Below, piece by piece: positions 38,902 to 47,637 of a stretch of 64,000 nucleotides of DNA. Under the pieces are notes generated by a model. It did not search any database, had not been told where the DNA came from, and worked only from the letters and a program-made list of their open reading frames with translations. Each line of letters starts with the position of its first letter. Position 1 is the first letter of the stretch. The DNA comes from an uncultured Collinsella sp. (lineage in GTDB: Bacteria; Actinomycetota; Coriobacteriia; Coriobacteriales; Coriobacteriaceae): the NCBI GenBank assembly GCA_900543595.1, contig UQRX01000003.1, forward strand, positions 7,178-71,177, written 5' to 3'. The translations under genes and the position numbers were made by a program.

Positions 38902-40020
38902 ATGAACCAGAATCCCTTTAAGCCAACGGCAGGCAAGCGGCCTCCGATACTCATCGGTCGTGAGTCGGTCATCGAAGATTTCGAGGAAGGGCTCGATAAC
39001 GGCGCCGGTGCCCCCGGAAGGCTCATGCTCATTACGGGAAACCGCGGCTGTGGCAAAACGGTTCTCCTACGGGAGCTGCAGCGTCTAGCCAGCGCGCGCG
39101 GATGGGCGGTTGTCTCCGATTTCGCTTCGCTTGGCTTATGCGACCGCTTGGCCGACGCGCTTCGCTCGAATAAACCCGTTGTGACGTCAATGGAGCTCGG
39201 TCCGTCGTTTGGCCGGATGTCGGTCGAGGCGGCGCGAGCAAAGGGCGAAACGTTGCGAGGGCTGGTCAACGAGCGCCTCAAGAAGCTCGGTCCAGGCAAG
39301 GGCATACTGTTTGCGATTGACGAGGCCCAATCTGCGTCTATCGAGGAACTGGCGGCGCTGGCCGTTCTCTATCAGCAAGTGCCCGGAGATCAAGATGCTA
39401 CGGGCTTGTCCGATAGCGACCAGCGCGGTCTTGCGCTGGTGTTCGCCGGCTTACCCAGTATGGTTGATGACTTGCTCGAAGAGCCGAGCGTGACGTTTTT
39501 GCGGCGTGCTCAGCAGCGTACGCTGGGGGCGATTTCTTTGCCCAAAGTGCGCGATTCGTATATCCAGACGGTCAAAGACGCTGGTCTTTACGTTGATGCG
39601 GAGACGGCGGACCTTGCGGCGCGCAAGAGCATGGGGCATCCCTATATGGTTCAGCTGGTGGGATATTACATGTGGCGCTCTACTGTCCGGCGTGGCTCGC
39701 AGGTCATTGAAGTGTGCGATGTCGAGGCTGGCTACGCCGATGCCGTCTCTGAGTTCTATGAAGCGGTCGACGCTCCCTTGTATTACGGGTTGCGCAGTCC
39801 GCAGCGTCTCTTTATCGAGGCCATGGCGGCTGACGAGGGCAAACCGACGCGCATGGCGGATATCATTGAGCGTTGCGATCGCACCCAGAGCTGGGCGAGT
39901 AAATATCGTGCAAGTCTGATTCGCGAGCGCGTCATCGAGGCTGCCGGATACGGCCTCGTCCGGTTTACCGTGCCCATGCTGGGCGCGTACATCCGCGACC
40001 GCATTTTATGGCATGAGTAG
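38902..40020 (+). CDS. AAA+ (ORC/Cdc6- or Arch_ATPase-like) ATP-binding protein with a C-terminal winged-helix-like region
   Basis: Walker A GNRGCGKT, Walker B ILFAIDEAQ, 372 aa. No sensor or effector domain recognised. Confidence 0.65.
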   Translation: MNQNPFKPTAGKRPPILIGRESVIEDFEEGLDNGAGAPGRLMLITGNRGCGKTVLLRELQRLASARGWAVVSDFASLGLCDRLADALRSNKPVVTSMELGPSFGRMSVEAARAKGETLRGLVNERLKKLGPGKGILFAIDEAQSASIEELAALAVLYQQVPGDQDATGLSDSDQRGLALVFAGLPSMVDDLLEEPSVTFLRRAQQRTLGAISLPKVRDSYIQTVKDAGLYVDAETADLAARKSMGHPYMVQLVGYYMWRSTVRRGSQVIEVCDVEAGYADAVSEFYEAVDAPLYYGLRSPQRLFIEAMAADEGKPTRMADIIERCDRTQSWASKYRASLIRERVIEAAGYGLVRFTVPMLGAYIRDRILWHE

Positions 40021-40045
40021 GGTGATAAGGGTGACGGAACAGAAG

Positions 40046-42526
40046 ATGAGCCCGCAGGCTATCGAGGTGCGTGGCGCACGTGTCCATAACCTCAAGGACA
40101 TCGATATTGATATCCCGCTGGGAAGGCTCGTGGGTATTGCCGGCGTGTCGGGCTCGGGCAAGAGTTCGCTGGCACTCGGGGTTCTTTATGCCGAGGGCTC
40201 GCGCCGCTATCTGGAGGCGCTCAGCACCTATACCCGCCGTCGTCTGACGCAGGCCGAGCACGCCCAGGTGGACGAGGTGCTGCACGTGCCAGCGGCGCTC
40301 GCATTACATCAGCGCCCCAGCGTACCGGGCGTGCGCTCGACCTTTGGTACCATGACCGAGCTCAACAATAGCCTGCGTCTACTCTTTAGCCGTTGCGCCC
40401 ATCACGTGTGCCCGCATTGCGGGGCGCGTGTGGAGCCGAGCCTTAACGTGGCTGCGGGCCTGTCGCTCACGTGTCCGACATGCGGCCGCGAGTTCTACGC
40501 GCCGAGTGCCGAGGATTTGGCTTTCAATAGCGGCGGTGCGTGCCCTACCTGCGGCGGCACCGGTGTCATGCGCGAGGTAGACGAGGCGAGCCTGGTGCCC
40601 GACGAGTCAAAGACCATCAACGAGGGTGCGGTGCTTCCCTGGGGCACGCTCATGTGGGACCTGATGAAGCAGGTGGCCGGCGAGATGGGCGTGCGCACCG
40701 ACGTGCCGTTTAACCAGCTCACGCCTCAAGAGCGCGACATCGTGTTTCACGGCCCGGCGGTTAAGAAGCATATTCTCTACGTTCCCAAAAACGGCGAGGG
40801 CGCCACGCCGCTCGACTTTACCTATTACAACGCCGTCTATACCGTTGAGAATGCGCTCGCCAAGGTTAAGGACGATAAGGGGCTTAAGCGTGTGGCTCGC
40901 TTTTTGCGCGAGGGACCATGCCGTGACTGCGCCGGCACGCGTCTCTCCGAGGCTGCGCGCCAGCCCCAGGTGCGCGGTATCAATCTGGCTCAGGCCGCGG
41001 CCATGACGCTTGGTGATGCGATCGAGTGGGTGCGCGGGGTGCCCGCATCCTTGCCGGCCGAGATGCGGCCCATGGCGACGGATATCTGCGATTCGTTTTT
41101 GAGCACGGCTCGTCGTCTGGTCGACCTGGGTCTCGATTACCTTTCGCTCGATCGCGCCGGTGCCACGCTCTCCACGGGTGAGCGCCAGCGCGTGCAACTC
41201 GCCCGCGTGGTGCGCAACCGATCGACAGGCGTGCTCTATGTGCTGGACGAGCCCTCAATTGGCTTGCATCCTGCCAATGTCGACGGCTTGGTGGGCGTAA
41301 TGCGCGACCTGGTGGATGACGGCAATACCGTGGTTGTTGTCGACCACGATACACGTGTGCTGGCGGAGGCTGATTATCTGGTCGAGATGGGCCCCGTTGC
41401 CGGAGCAGGCGGCGGCAACGTAATCGCCGCTGGTACGGTAGACGAGGTCGAGCAATCGCAGGACAGCCGTATCGCGCCGTTTTTGCGCGCCGAGCCCAAG
41501 CGCTTGCGTCCGCAGGTGGCTGACGACGAGATGTTCGACCGGGGCCACATCCGCATGGCGACCGATACCATCCATACCGTCAAGCCGCTCGAAGTCGATA
41601 TCCCGCGCGGCCGCCTTGTCGCGGTGACGGGTGTTTCGGGTTCGGGCAAGACGACGTTGGTGCTCGAGACGCTCATCCCGGCGCTTAAGGCGCAGGCAGC
41701 TGGCGAGCGCTTGCCACGCCACGTGCGCTGGATCGATGCCGAGGGCATTGCGCGTGCCAACCTGATTGACGCCACGCCCATCGGTGCCAACGTGCGCTCG
41801 ACGGTGGCAACCTATGCCGACATCCATGATGAGCTGCGCCGCGCCTTCGCCCGTACGCCCGAGGCCAAGGCAGTCGGCTACAAGGCGGGCGCCTTTAGCT
41901 ACAATACCGGCGCCTTGCGCTGCCCTACGTGTGATGGCACGGGCTCGATATCGCTCGACGTGCAGTTTTTGCCCGATGTCGAAATCGTCTGCCCGGCATG
42001 TCACGGCTCACGTTATGCGGACGCGGCTTCGCATATCCATCGCGAGGGCAAGGACGGGAGTCTGCTTACGTTGCCGCAGCTCATGGACATGAGTGTGGAC
42101 GAGGCCATCGACGCCACGGTGGGGCTCAAGAAAGTTCAGACGCGCTTGCAGACCTTGCACGACCTTGGCTTGGGCTATCTCACGCTCGGTGAGCCCACGC
42201 CGGCGCTCTCGGGCGGCGAGGCGCAGCGTCTTAAGCTCGCGAGCGAGATGGGCCGCGTGCAGGACGATGCCGTATTTGTGTTCGACGAGCCCACGATCGG
42301 CCTGCATCCGCTCGATGTTCAGGTGTTGCTGAATGTGTTCGACGGCCTTGTTGCCAAAGGCGCCACGGTTATCGTGATCGAACACGATCTCGACCTTATC
42401 CGTAACGCCGATTACGTGATCGACATGGGCCCGGGCGGTGGCGACGCCGGCGGGCAAATCGTCTGCGCCGGTACGCCGGGCGACATCGCAGCCTGCTCTG
42501 CAAGCATCACTGGCCGCTACCTATAA
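40046..42526 (+). CDS. class II UvrA-like ABC ATPase (UvrA paralog lacking the UvrB-binding domain)
   Basis: IEVRGARVHNLKDIDIDIP, Walker A motifs GVSGSGKSSLA and GVSGSGKTTLV, zinc modules CPHCG...CPTCG and CPTCDGTG...CPACHG, signature LSGGEAQRLKLA. At 826 aa it is shorter than the about 940 aa of canonical UvrA. Confidence 0.8.
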   Translation: MSPQAIEVRGARVHNLKDIDIDIPLGRLVGIAGVSGSGKSSLALGVLYAEGSRRYLEALSTYTRRRLTQAEHAQVDEVLHVPAALALHQRPSVPGVRSTFGTMTELNNSLRLLFSRCAHHVCPHCGARVEPSLNVAAGLSLTCPTCGREFYAPSAEDLAFNSGGACPTCGGTGVMREVDEASLVPDESKTINEGAVLPWGTLMWDLMKQVAGEMGVRTDVPFNQLTPQERDIVFHGPAVKKHILYVPKNGEGATPLDFTYYNAVYTVENALAKVKDDKGLKRVARFLREGPCRDCAGTRLSEAARQPQVRGINLAQAAAMTLGDAIEWVRGVPASLPAEMRPMATDICDSFLSTARRLVDLGLDYLSLDRAGATLSTGERQRVQLARVVRNRSTGVLYVLDEPSIGLHPANVDGLVGVMRDLVDDGNTVVVVDHDTRVLAEADYLVEMGPVAGAGGGNVIAAGTVDEVEQSQDSRIAPFLRAEPKRLRPQVADDEMFDRGHIRMATDTIHTVKPLEVDIPRGRLVAVTGVSGSGKTTLVLETLIPALKAQAAGERLPRHVRWIDAEGIARANLIDATPIGANVRSTVATYADIHDELRRAFARTPEAKAVGYKAGAFSYNTGALRCPTCDGTGSISLDVQFLPDVEIVCPACHGSRYADAASHIHREGKDGSLLTLPQLMDMSVDEAIDATVGLKKVQTRLQTLHDLGLGYLTLGEPTPALSGGEAQRLKLASEMGRVQDDAVFVFDEPTIGLHPLDVQVLLNVFDGLVAKGATVIVIEHDLDLIRNADYVIDMGPGGGDAGGQIVCAGTPGDIAACSASITGRYL

Positions 42527-42528
42527 CC

Positions 42529-42563
42529 GAATGTGACAAAGGGACAGTTCCTTTGTCACATTC
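42529..42563. repeat. hairpin family copy 4 (gaatgtgacaaAGGGACAGTTCCTTTgtcacattc)
   Basis: 14-bp perfect arms, 3 nt after the UvrA-like stop. On the minus strand the right arm supplies the ATG-TGA end of trmL. Confidence 0.85.
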
Positions 42564-43155
42564 CCGGAAAGCCTGTTTGGCGCAGGGCTTCGTAGAGGAC
42601 GATGGCGGCGCTGTTGGAGAGGTTGAGTGCACTGATGCGGTAGTCGTCCGGATTGACGAAGTTGCCGCAGATATCCTGCTGAAGGATGGCCTCATGGCTG
42701 TCCTGGGTATGCCCCAGCGATTCCTCGTGGGCTTCCCAAGCCTCGGCGTTATCGAGTGAGTCGCAATCGCGCAGCATCGGGATACGCTCGCAGCGCTCGG
42801 GCGCCGCGGCAAGCAGTGGCTCGGGAATGCCCGAGCTCTCGCTGCCAAAGACCAAATAGTCACCGTCGCGGTAGGTGCTTTGTGCATAGGTGCGGCGCGC
42901 CTTTTTGGTCAGCAGATGCAGGCGCTCGTCGGCAGGAGAGAGACCGTTGCGCGCAAGGAAATCCTCCCAGCTGGCATAGGTCGTCACGTCCAAGTTTTGC
43001 CAGTAGCCCAGGCCGGCGCGACGCACCGTCTTGTCGTCGAGCGAAAACCCCAGCGGCTCCACCAGATGCAGGCGGGCGCCGGTGACCACGCAGGTGCGGC
43101 CGATATTGCCCGTATTGGCCGGAATCTCGGGCGCATACAGCACAATGTTGAACAT
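42556..43155 (-). CDS. trmL: tRNA (cytidine/uridine(34)-2'-O)-methyltransferase TrmL (SPOUT) with an internal insertion
   Basis: MFNIVLYAPEIPANTGNIGRTC matches E. coli TrmL [22 protein letters not shown]. C-terminal NLSNSAAIVLYEA. The ATG at 43155 gives 199 aa against about 157 aa. The track ORF extension is rejected. Confidence 0.8.
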   Translation of the reverse strand: MFNIVLYAPEIPANTGNIGRTCVVTGARLHLVEPLGFSLDDKTVRRAGLGYWQNLDVTTYASWEDFLARNGLSPADERLHLLTKKARRTYAQSTYRDGDYLVFGSESSGIPEPLLAAAPERCERIPMLRDCDSLDNAEAWEAHEESLGHTQDSHEAILQQDICGNFVNPDDYRISALNLSNSAAIVLYEALRQTGFPGM

Positions 43156-43250
43156 GAATCTCCTTGGCTCAGAACGAAAAACCACCACGAAGGGCACCTT
43201 CGTGGTGGTTTGGCGGTTACGTAGGCGGACAAATGCCCGCTTGGATAAAC

Positions 43251-44381
43251 CTAGGCGCGGTGCCAGTCGGTCAGGCAAGCATCGAGGGAGGCGATGAGCG
43301 CATCTTTGTCCATGTGACGGCCGATGATGCACAGACTCGTCATGCGGTCGCCCGTCTCGTCGTCCCAAATTTGCATGATCTCGGGGTTCTCGTCGATGAT
43401 CTTCTGCTTCTCGTCCTCGGGCGCCGAGTCGACAAACAGGCCGTTCTCCATCAGGCGCATCTGGTGGCCGGCCTGCTCAAACATGTAGCACATGTCCGGA
43501 TTGCTGGCCTGCCACAGCGGACCCTTGACGCGGATGACCTCGTCGGGCCACTCCTGCTCAACAAAATCGGTGAACTTCTGCAGGTCAAACGGCTTGCGGC
43601 GCGAGTACACAAAGGTCTCGATGTCGTACTCGAGCACCTCGGGATCGTCGTGCTCTTCGGGATGCTCCATGGCCTCGATCCAAGCGGCGGAGTTGTAGGC
43701 GCGCATAAAGTCGAAGCGGTCGGTGTCGAGCAGTTCCTCCATGGGAACCTCGCCGTTTTGGGCCTCGACGATCACGGCGTCCTTCTGAAGACTGCGCACG
43801 ATGGCCTTGAGCTCGGCGATCTGCTCGGGCGTTACGGTATCGGTCTTGTTGAGGATGAGCGTGGAGCAGAATTCAATCTGCTGGATGAGCAGGCTCTCGA
43901 TGTCGTCCTCGTCGATATCCTCGGCCAGCAGGTCGCGGCCGCCGTTGAACTCGTCGTACATGCGGGCGCAATCGACCACAGCCACGATGTTGTCGAGCGC
44001 AAGCTTGGGCTCGCCGCCCACCTTGGCCTCGTCGCAGAAGCTCGAGATGGTGTAGGCGATGGGGATAGGCTCGCAAATGCCCGAGGCCTCGATGATGATG
44101 TAATCGAAGTTGCCCGAATCGGCGATGCCCTGCAGCTGGTTGGCCAGGTCGTCCGAAAGCGTGCAGCAGATGCAGCCGTTGGTGAGCGGGATGAGGTCAT
44201 CGGTCTCGGAAAGGCCGCCGTCGGCGATGAGGCTGGCGTCGACGTTGATCTCGCCGATATCGTTGACGATCACGGCGGCGCGGATGCCGCCGTCGTTAGC
44301 GAGGATGTGGTTGAGCAGCGTGGTCTTGCCGGCACCGAGGTATCCGGTAAGCATGATGATCTTCACGGGTTTGTTGGGCAT
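43251..44381 (-). CDS. COG0523 / CobW-family GTP-binding metallochaperone (ZigA/YjiA-like)
   Basis: GYLGAGKTTLLNHIL P-loop, GCICCTL metal-binding motif, and an acidic/His linker EHPEEHDDPE. Confidence 0.8.
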   Translation of the reverse strand: MPNKPVKIIMLTGYLGAGKTTLLNHILANDGGIRAAVIVNDIGEINVDASLIADGGLSETDDLIPLTNGCICCTLSDDLANQLQGIADSGNFDYIIIEASGICEPIPIAYTISSFCDEAKVGGEPKLALDNIVAVVDCARMYDEFNGGRDLLAEDIDEDDIESLLIQQIEFCSTLILNKTDTVTPEQIAELKAIVRSLQKDAVIVEAQNGEVPMEELLDTDRFDFMRAYNSAAWIEAMEHPEEHDDPEVLEYDIETFVYSRRKPFDLQKFTDFVEQEWPDEVIRVKGPLWQASNPDMCYMFEQAGHQMRLMENGLFVDSAPEDEKQKIIDENPEIMQIWDDETGDRMTSLCIIGRHMDKDALIASLDACLTDWHRA

Positions 44382-44467
44382 GTGCCCTCCTTTGTTAGAC
44401 TTGGCTTACAGTTGAATCTTATGCCAAACGCCTGCTCTTATACCCACGAGCCGGCAAATAACACAAG

Positions 44468-44809
44468 CTACTCCCAGGCTCCCCATACATCGGGGCAATA
44501 ACCGACGGTGGCCTTTTTGCCGTTGCGCACGATGGGTTCGGCGAGAACCTGCTGGTTCTCGAGCAGCTTGTCAAAGCGCTGGCTGGGGGTGAGGTGCTGG
44601 ATGAGCGCGAGCGTCTCCTCGTCCTTGGCCTTGGGGTTGAGTAGCTTGTCGATGCCGCCGACCGCCTGCATCACGCTCGTGAGCTCGCCCTTGCTCATCT
44701 CCTTTTCCTTAAGGTCGATAAACTGCACCTTAATGCGGCGCTCCTTAAAATAACGCTGGGCCTTCTTGGTATCGAAGGACTTTTTGGTGCCAAAAATCTG
44801 GATATTCAT
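44468..44809 (-). CDS. ArsC/Spx/YffB-family protein (no N-terminal catalytic Cys)
   Basis: MNIQIFGTKKSFDTKKAQRYFKERRIKVQFIDL fits the family fold, but Ser occupies the usual Cys position. Confidence 0.65.
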   Translation of the reverse strand: MNIQIFGTKKSFDTKKAQRYFKERRIKVQFIDLKEKEMSKGELTSVMQAVGGIDKLLNPKAKDEETLALIQHLTPSQRFDKLLENQQVLAEPIVRNGKKATVGYCPDVWGAWE

Positions 44810-44820
44810 GCTCCGCCGTT

Positions 44821-45447
44821 CTACCTGATGAAGTTGGTCGTTGCTCGATCTGCCTCGGGTGCGTTGATACCGGCGGCCTGTCCTGCCTCGATACAGCGCA
44901 GGAGCCAGGCCATGTTTTTGCCGATGTTTCGCATGGTGGCAAGGCCCTCGGCATCCCCATCGGCGTCGCCGGGCACGCGGCCAAACACGTTGTTCCAGTA
45001 GGTGGAGGCAACTACGGGCATTTGCTTAATGGTGAAGTACTTGTTGAGCACATCGAAGGTGGTCGAGGTGCCGCCGCGACGGGCGACGGCGACCGCGGCG
45101 CCGGGTTTGTGCTCAAAGGCATGCCCGCCTGCATAGAAGGCGCGATCGAGGGCCGAAAGGATGCGTCCGCTGGGGTGCGCATAGTAGACGGGTGAGCCAA
45201 AGACAAAACCATCTGCCTGCTCGGCGGCAGCGATGAGCTCGTTCACCACGTCGTCGTCAAAGGTGCAGCGACCGCCAAGCTTGCCGCACAGGCCACAACC
45301 GATGCAATCGCGAATGGGCTTGGCGCCCAGCTGAAACACCTCGGTATCAATGCCTTCTGCATTAAGTTGCTCGGCGACCTCGGCGAGTGCGCGGGCGGTG
45401 TTGCCGTTTGCCTTGGGACTGCCATTGACCAAAAGAACCTTCATCAC
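44821..45447 (-). CDS. iron-sulfur flavoprotein-like NADPH-dependent FMN reductase
   Basis: VLLVNGSPKANGNT flavodoxin-like motif and the compact cluster motif CIGCGLCGKLGGRC. Confidence 0.75.
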   Translation of the reverse strand: MMKVLLVNGSPKANGNTARALAEVAEQLNAEGIDTEVFQLGAKPIRDCIGCGLCGKLGGRCTFDDDVVNELIAAAEQADGFVFGSPVYYAHPSGRILSALDRAFYAGGHAFEHKPGAAVAVARRGGTSTTFDVLNKYFTIKQMPVVASTYWNNVFGRVPGDADGDAEGLATMRNIGKNMAWLLRCIEAGQAAGINAPEADRATTNFIR

Positions 45448-45511
45448 AAACTCCCTCTGCTGTCGGTGACTTCTGCGGAGGATTATCGCACGAGAGGGTA
45501 GATGGCGTAGG

Positions 45512-45546
45512 GCGCGATGTGAAACGGCTTGTGTTTCACATCGCGC
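45512..45546 (-). terminator. 14-bp perfect hairpin downstream of the GGDEF gene
   Basis: gcgcgatgtgaaac ggcttgt gtttcacatcgcgc, 10 nt from the stop. No U-tract. Confidence 0.5.
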
Positions 45547-45555
45547 CCCACGACG

Positions 45556-47085
45556 CTAGTTCAGTTTGGTGCCCGGTACTTGCGGTGCCTCTTTGAGCAA
45601 CGCTTTGAGCTCGTTTAAAATCGAAACAGGCTGACGGTCGACGCCGTCCAGATGGAGCGTGGCCACGCGAATGGGCGGCTGATATTCAAGCGAGCCGATG
45701 AGCACGGGAGAACCCAAGAACCGTTCGATGTCGCCTGCGATCTCATTGATTGCCTCGGGGCCGAGCTCATCGAAGAGTGCCACGAACGTTGGCCCCGTCG
45801 AGCGGAACAGGCGGCCCTTGCCGCGCGAACAATCCATGAGGCAGGCGGCGCTTTCGGCGAGCACACGGTCGCCTGCATCGAATCCAAAGCGGGCATTGAC
45901 CTCGACGATATCGTCGACCTTAATGGCAATAAAGCCTGCCTCGCGCGCCACGCGGCGCATCTCTCCAATAGCGTTGACCAGCGCGTGGACATCGCCCAGG
46001 CCCGTTACCGAGTCGGTCGTATCCGCTAGGCTTCGGTTGATGATAATGCCCACATACATGCTGGGCTCGGTATCGGTGCCGTCCAAGCGGTAGCCCGTGC
46101 AGTCGCAAAGCGCGTACGCTCCGGTGGCATCCATTACGCGATACTGCATGTAGTGGAAGTGCCACGTGCCGTTTATCACCATGTCGAGCTCGGCGCGTAC
46201 GTTGTCGCGGTCCTCGGGGTGTACGCGGGCAAGCCACATGTCGACCGAGTTAAAAGGGTGCTGGGAGGGCAGATCAAAATCGCGCACGGCGTTAACCGAC
46301 CATTGCGATTCGCCCGTATCGAGGTTAAGGATGAACGGATAGCGCGTCTCGGAGCTCATGGAGATCGCCTGGAACACCCGGTCGTTGCACGGAAGTTGAT
46401 CGACGATTGGGCGTTGCGGCGCGTCATTGTTTTCCGGTTGCTGTACACGATGCATAAGCTTATAGCGATACATCTTGCGATCGGCATCCATCGTCATCTG
46501 GCGACGCGTGTCGCCGGCAAGAGGATCGACGCGCGAGCTGCCAAAGCTAAAGCTGGCGATCATGGGCGCCTTGCCATCTGAGCTCGCCTCGATCAGCCCG
46601 GCACGTACCTGCTCCAAGCGCTGCTCGAGTTCAGTCTCGTTTGCGGAGAGCGAGATAAGCACAAACTCGTCTCCACCGATACGGAACAGCATCTCATCGT
46701 GCTCCATGGTTTCGGAGAGCGTGCGGCAGATGCTCAGAATATAGCGATTGCCTTCGGCGTGGCCAAACCTATCATTGCAATGCTTGAGATGGTCGATGTC
46801 AATATAGGCGCAGGTGAAGGGGTCGCCTTTGCGCCAGAGTTGCTCGACGTGACGGTCGAGTCCGCCGCGGTTGCCCAAGTTGGTGAGCGGGTCGATATAG
46901 GCGTTGCTCTCAAGCAGCCGGCGCTCTTGTTGCAGGATGGCATGCGTCTTTTGCAGTTGCTCGCCAACGGCGCGTAGCTCAGCAGGCAGCGCGGCAACAT
47001 CGAGTTCGGCGGTCGAGATGCCATTCGCAAGTCGCTGAAGATAGGCAATAATCGATTGCTCGCCCACGCGGTACGACTCGTTCAT
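45556..47085 (-). CDS. diguanylate cyclase: GGDEF - PAS - degenerate GGDEF
   Basis: The first domain has an intact RIGGDEF. The PAS-like middle has VHPEDRDNV. The second GGDEF-like domain carries STGPTF instead of GGDEF. ATG at 47085 with AGGAGG upstream. Confidence 0.8.
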   Translation of the reverse strand: MNESYRVGEQSIIAYLQRLANGISTAELDVAALPAELRAVGEQLQKTHAILQQERRLLESNAYIDPLTNLGNRGGLDRHVEQLWRKGDPFTCAYIDIDHLKHCNDRFGHAEGNRYILSICRTLSETMEHDEMLFRIGGDEFVLISLSANETELEQRLEQVRAGLIEASSDGKAPMIASFSFGSSRVDPLAGDTRRQMTMDADRKMYRYKLMHRVQQPENNDAPQRPIVDQLPCNDRVFQAISMSSETRYPFILNLDTGESQWSVNAVRDFDLPSQHPFNSVDMWLARVHPEDRDNVRAELDMVINGTWHFHYMQYRVMDATGAYALCDCTGYRLDGTDTEPSMYVGIIINRSLADTTDSVTGLGDVHALVNAIGEMRRVAREAGFIAIKVDDIVEVNARFGFDAGDRVLAESAACLMDCSRGKGRLFRSTGPTFVALFDELGPEAINEIAGDIERFLGSPVLIGSLEYQPPIRVATLHLDGVDRQPVSILNELKALLKEAPQVPGTKLN

Positions 47086-47123
47086 GATGGATAACCTCCT
47101 TGGGCAGAACAACGGTTTGTATC

Positions 47124-47154
47124 ATATCCCCAATTCGGTTTGAATTGGGGATAT
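47124..47154. repeat. 13-bp perfect hairpin in the GGDEF leader
   Basis: atatccccaattc ggttt gaattggggatat. Confidence 0.6.
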
Positions 47155-47212
47155 AAGTTAGCCAATGGGGACAAATGCTTCCTTCGGCGGTGGCGTTTTG
47201 CGCGCGAGCGCA

Positions 47213-47509
47213 TCAGTTGTTATTGCCACCATCGAGCAATGCCTCAAAATCCTTTGCCGGCATGGGGCGGTAGTAGAGGAAGCCCTGAGCGTAGCGGGCG
47301 CCCATTTGTCGTAGCATGTTCGCCTGCTCATTTGTCTCGACGCCTTCGACCTCGACGGGCAGATGGAGCGACTGCGCCATTTCGAGCATCGATGAAATGA
47401 TTTGCGTGCTGCGGCCTTGATCGCGGTCGGTGGGTACAATCTGCCAAATGTACTTGTCGAGCGTTACTACAAAGCCGCTTTCCTCGAGTGCGGGGATATG
47501 GGTGCACAT
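47213..47509 (-). pseudogene. EAL-domain C-terminal remnant (98-aa ORF)
   Basis: It contains EGVETNEQ and QGFLYYRPMP, the last conserved EAL motifs. It lacks the EAL/DDFGTG part, and no upstream continuation exists in any frame. Confidence 0.55.
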
Positions 47510-47637
47510 ACTGTGGGCGGCTATTATTCGACAAGCGGTGGCGCGACGATGCGATGTCCGATAAAAATGCGACTGGGACGATATATGTTGACGGGTATAC
47601 TTGTCCCGGTTTTAAACGCAGGAACGGAGATGGTCGC

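Noticed and set aside
44382-44467. Zur/Zn-responsive operator upstream of the COG0523 gene.
   Set aside because: There is no AT-rich palindrome resembling known Zur boxes. The gene may be co-transcribed with the upstream ArsC-like gene.
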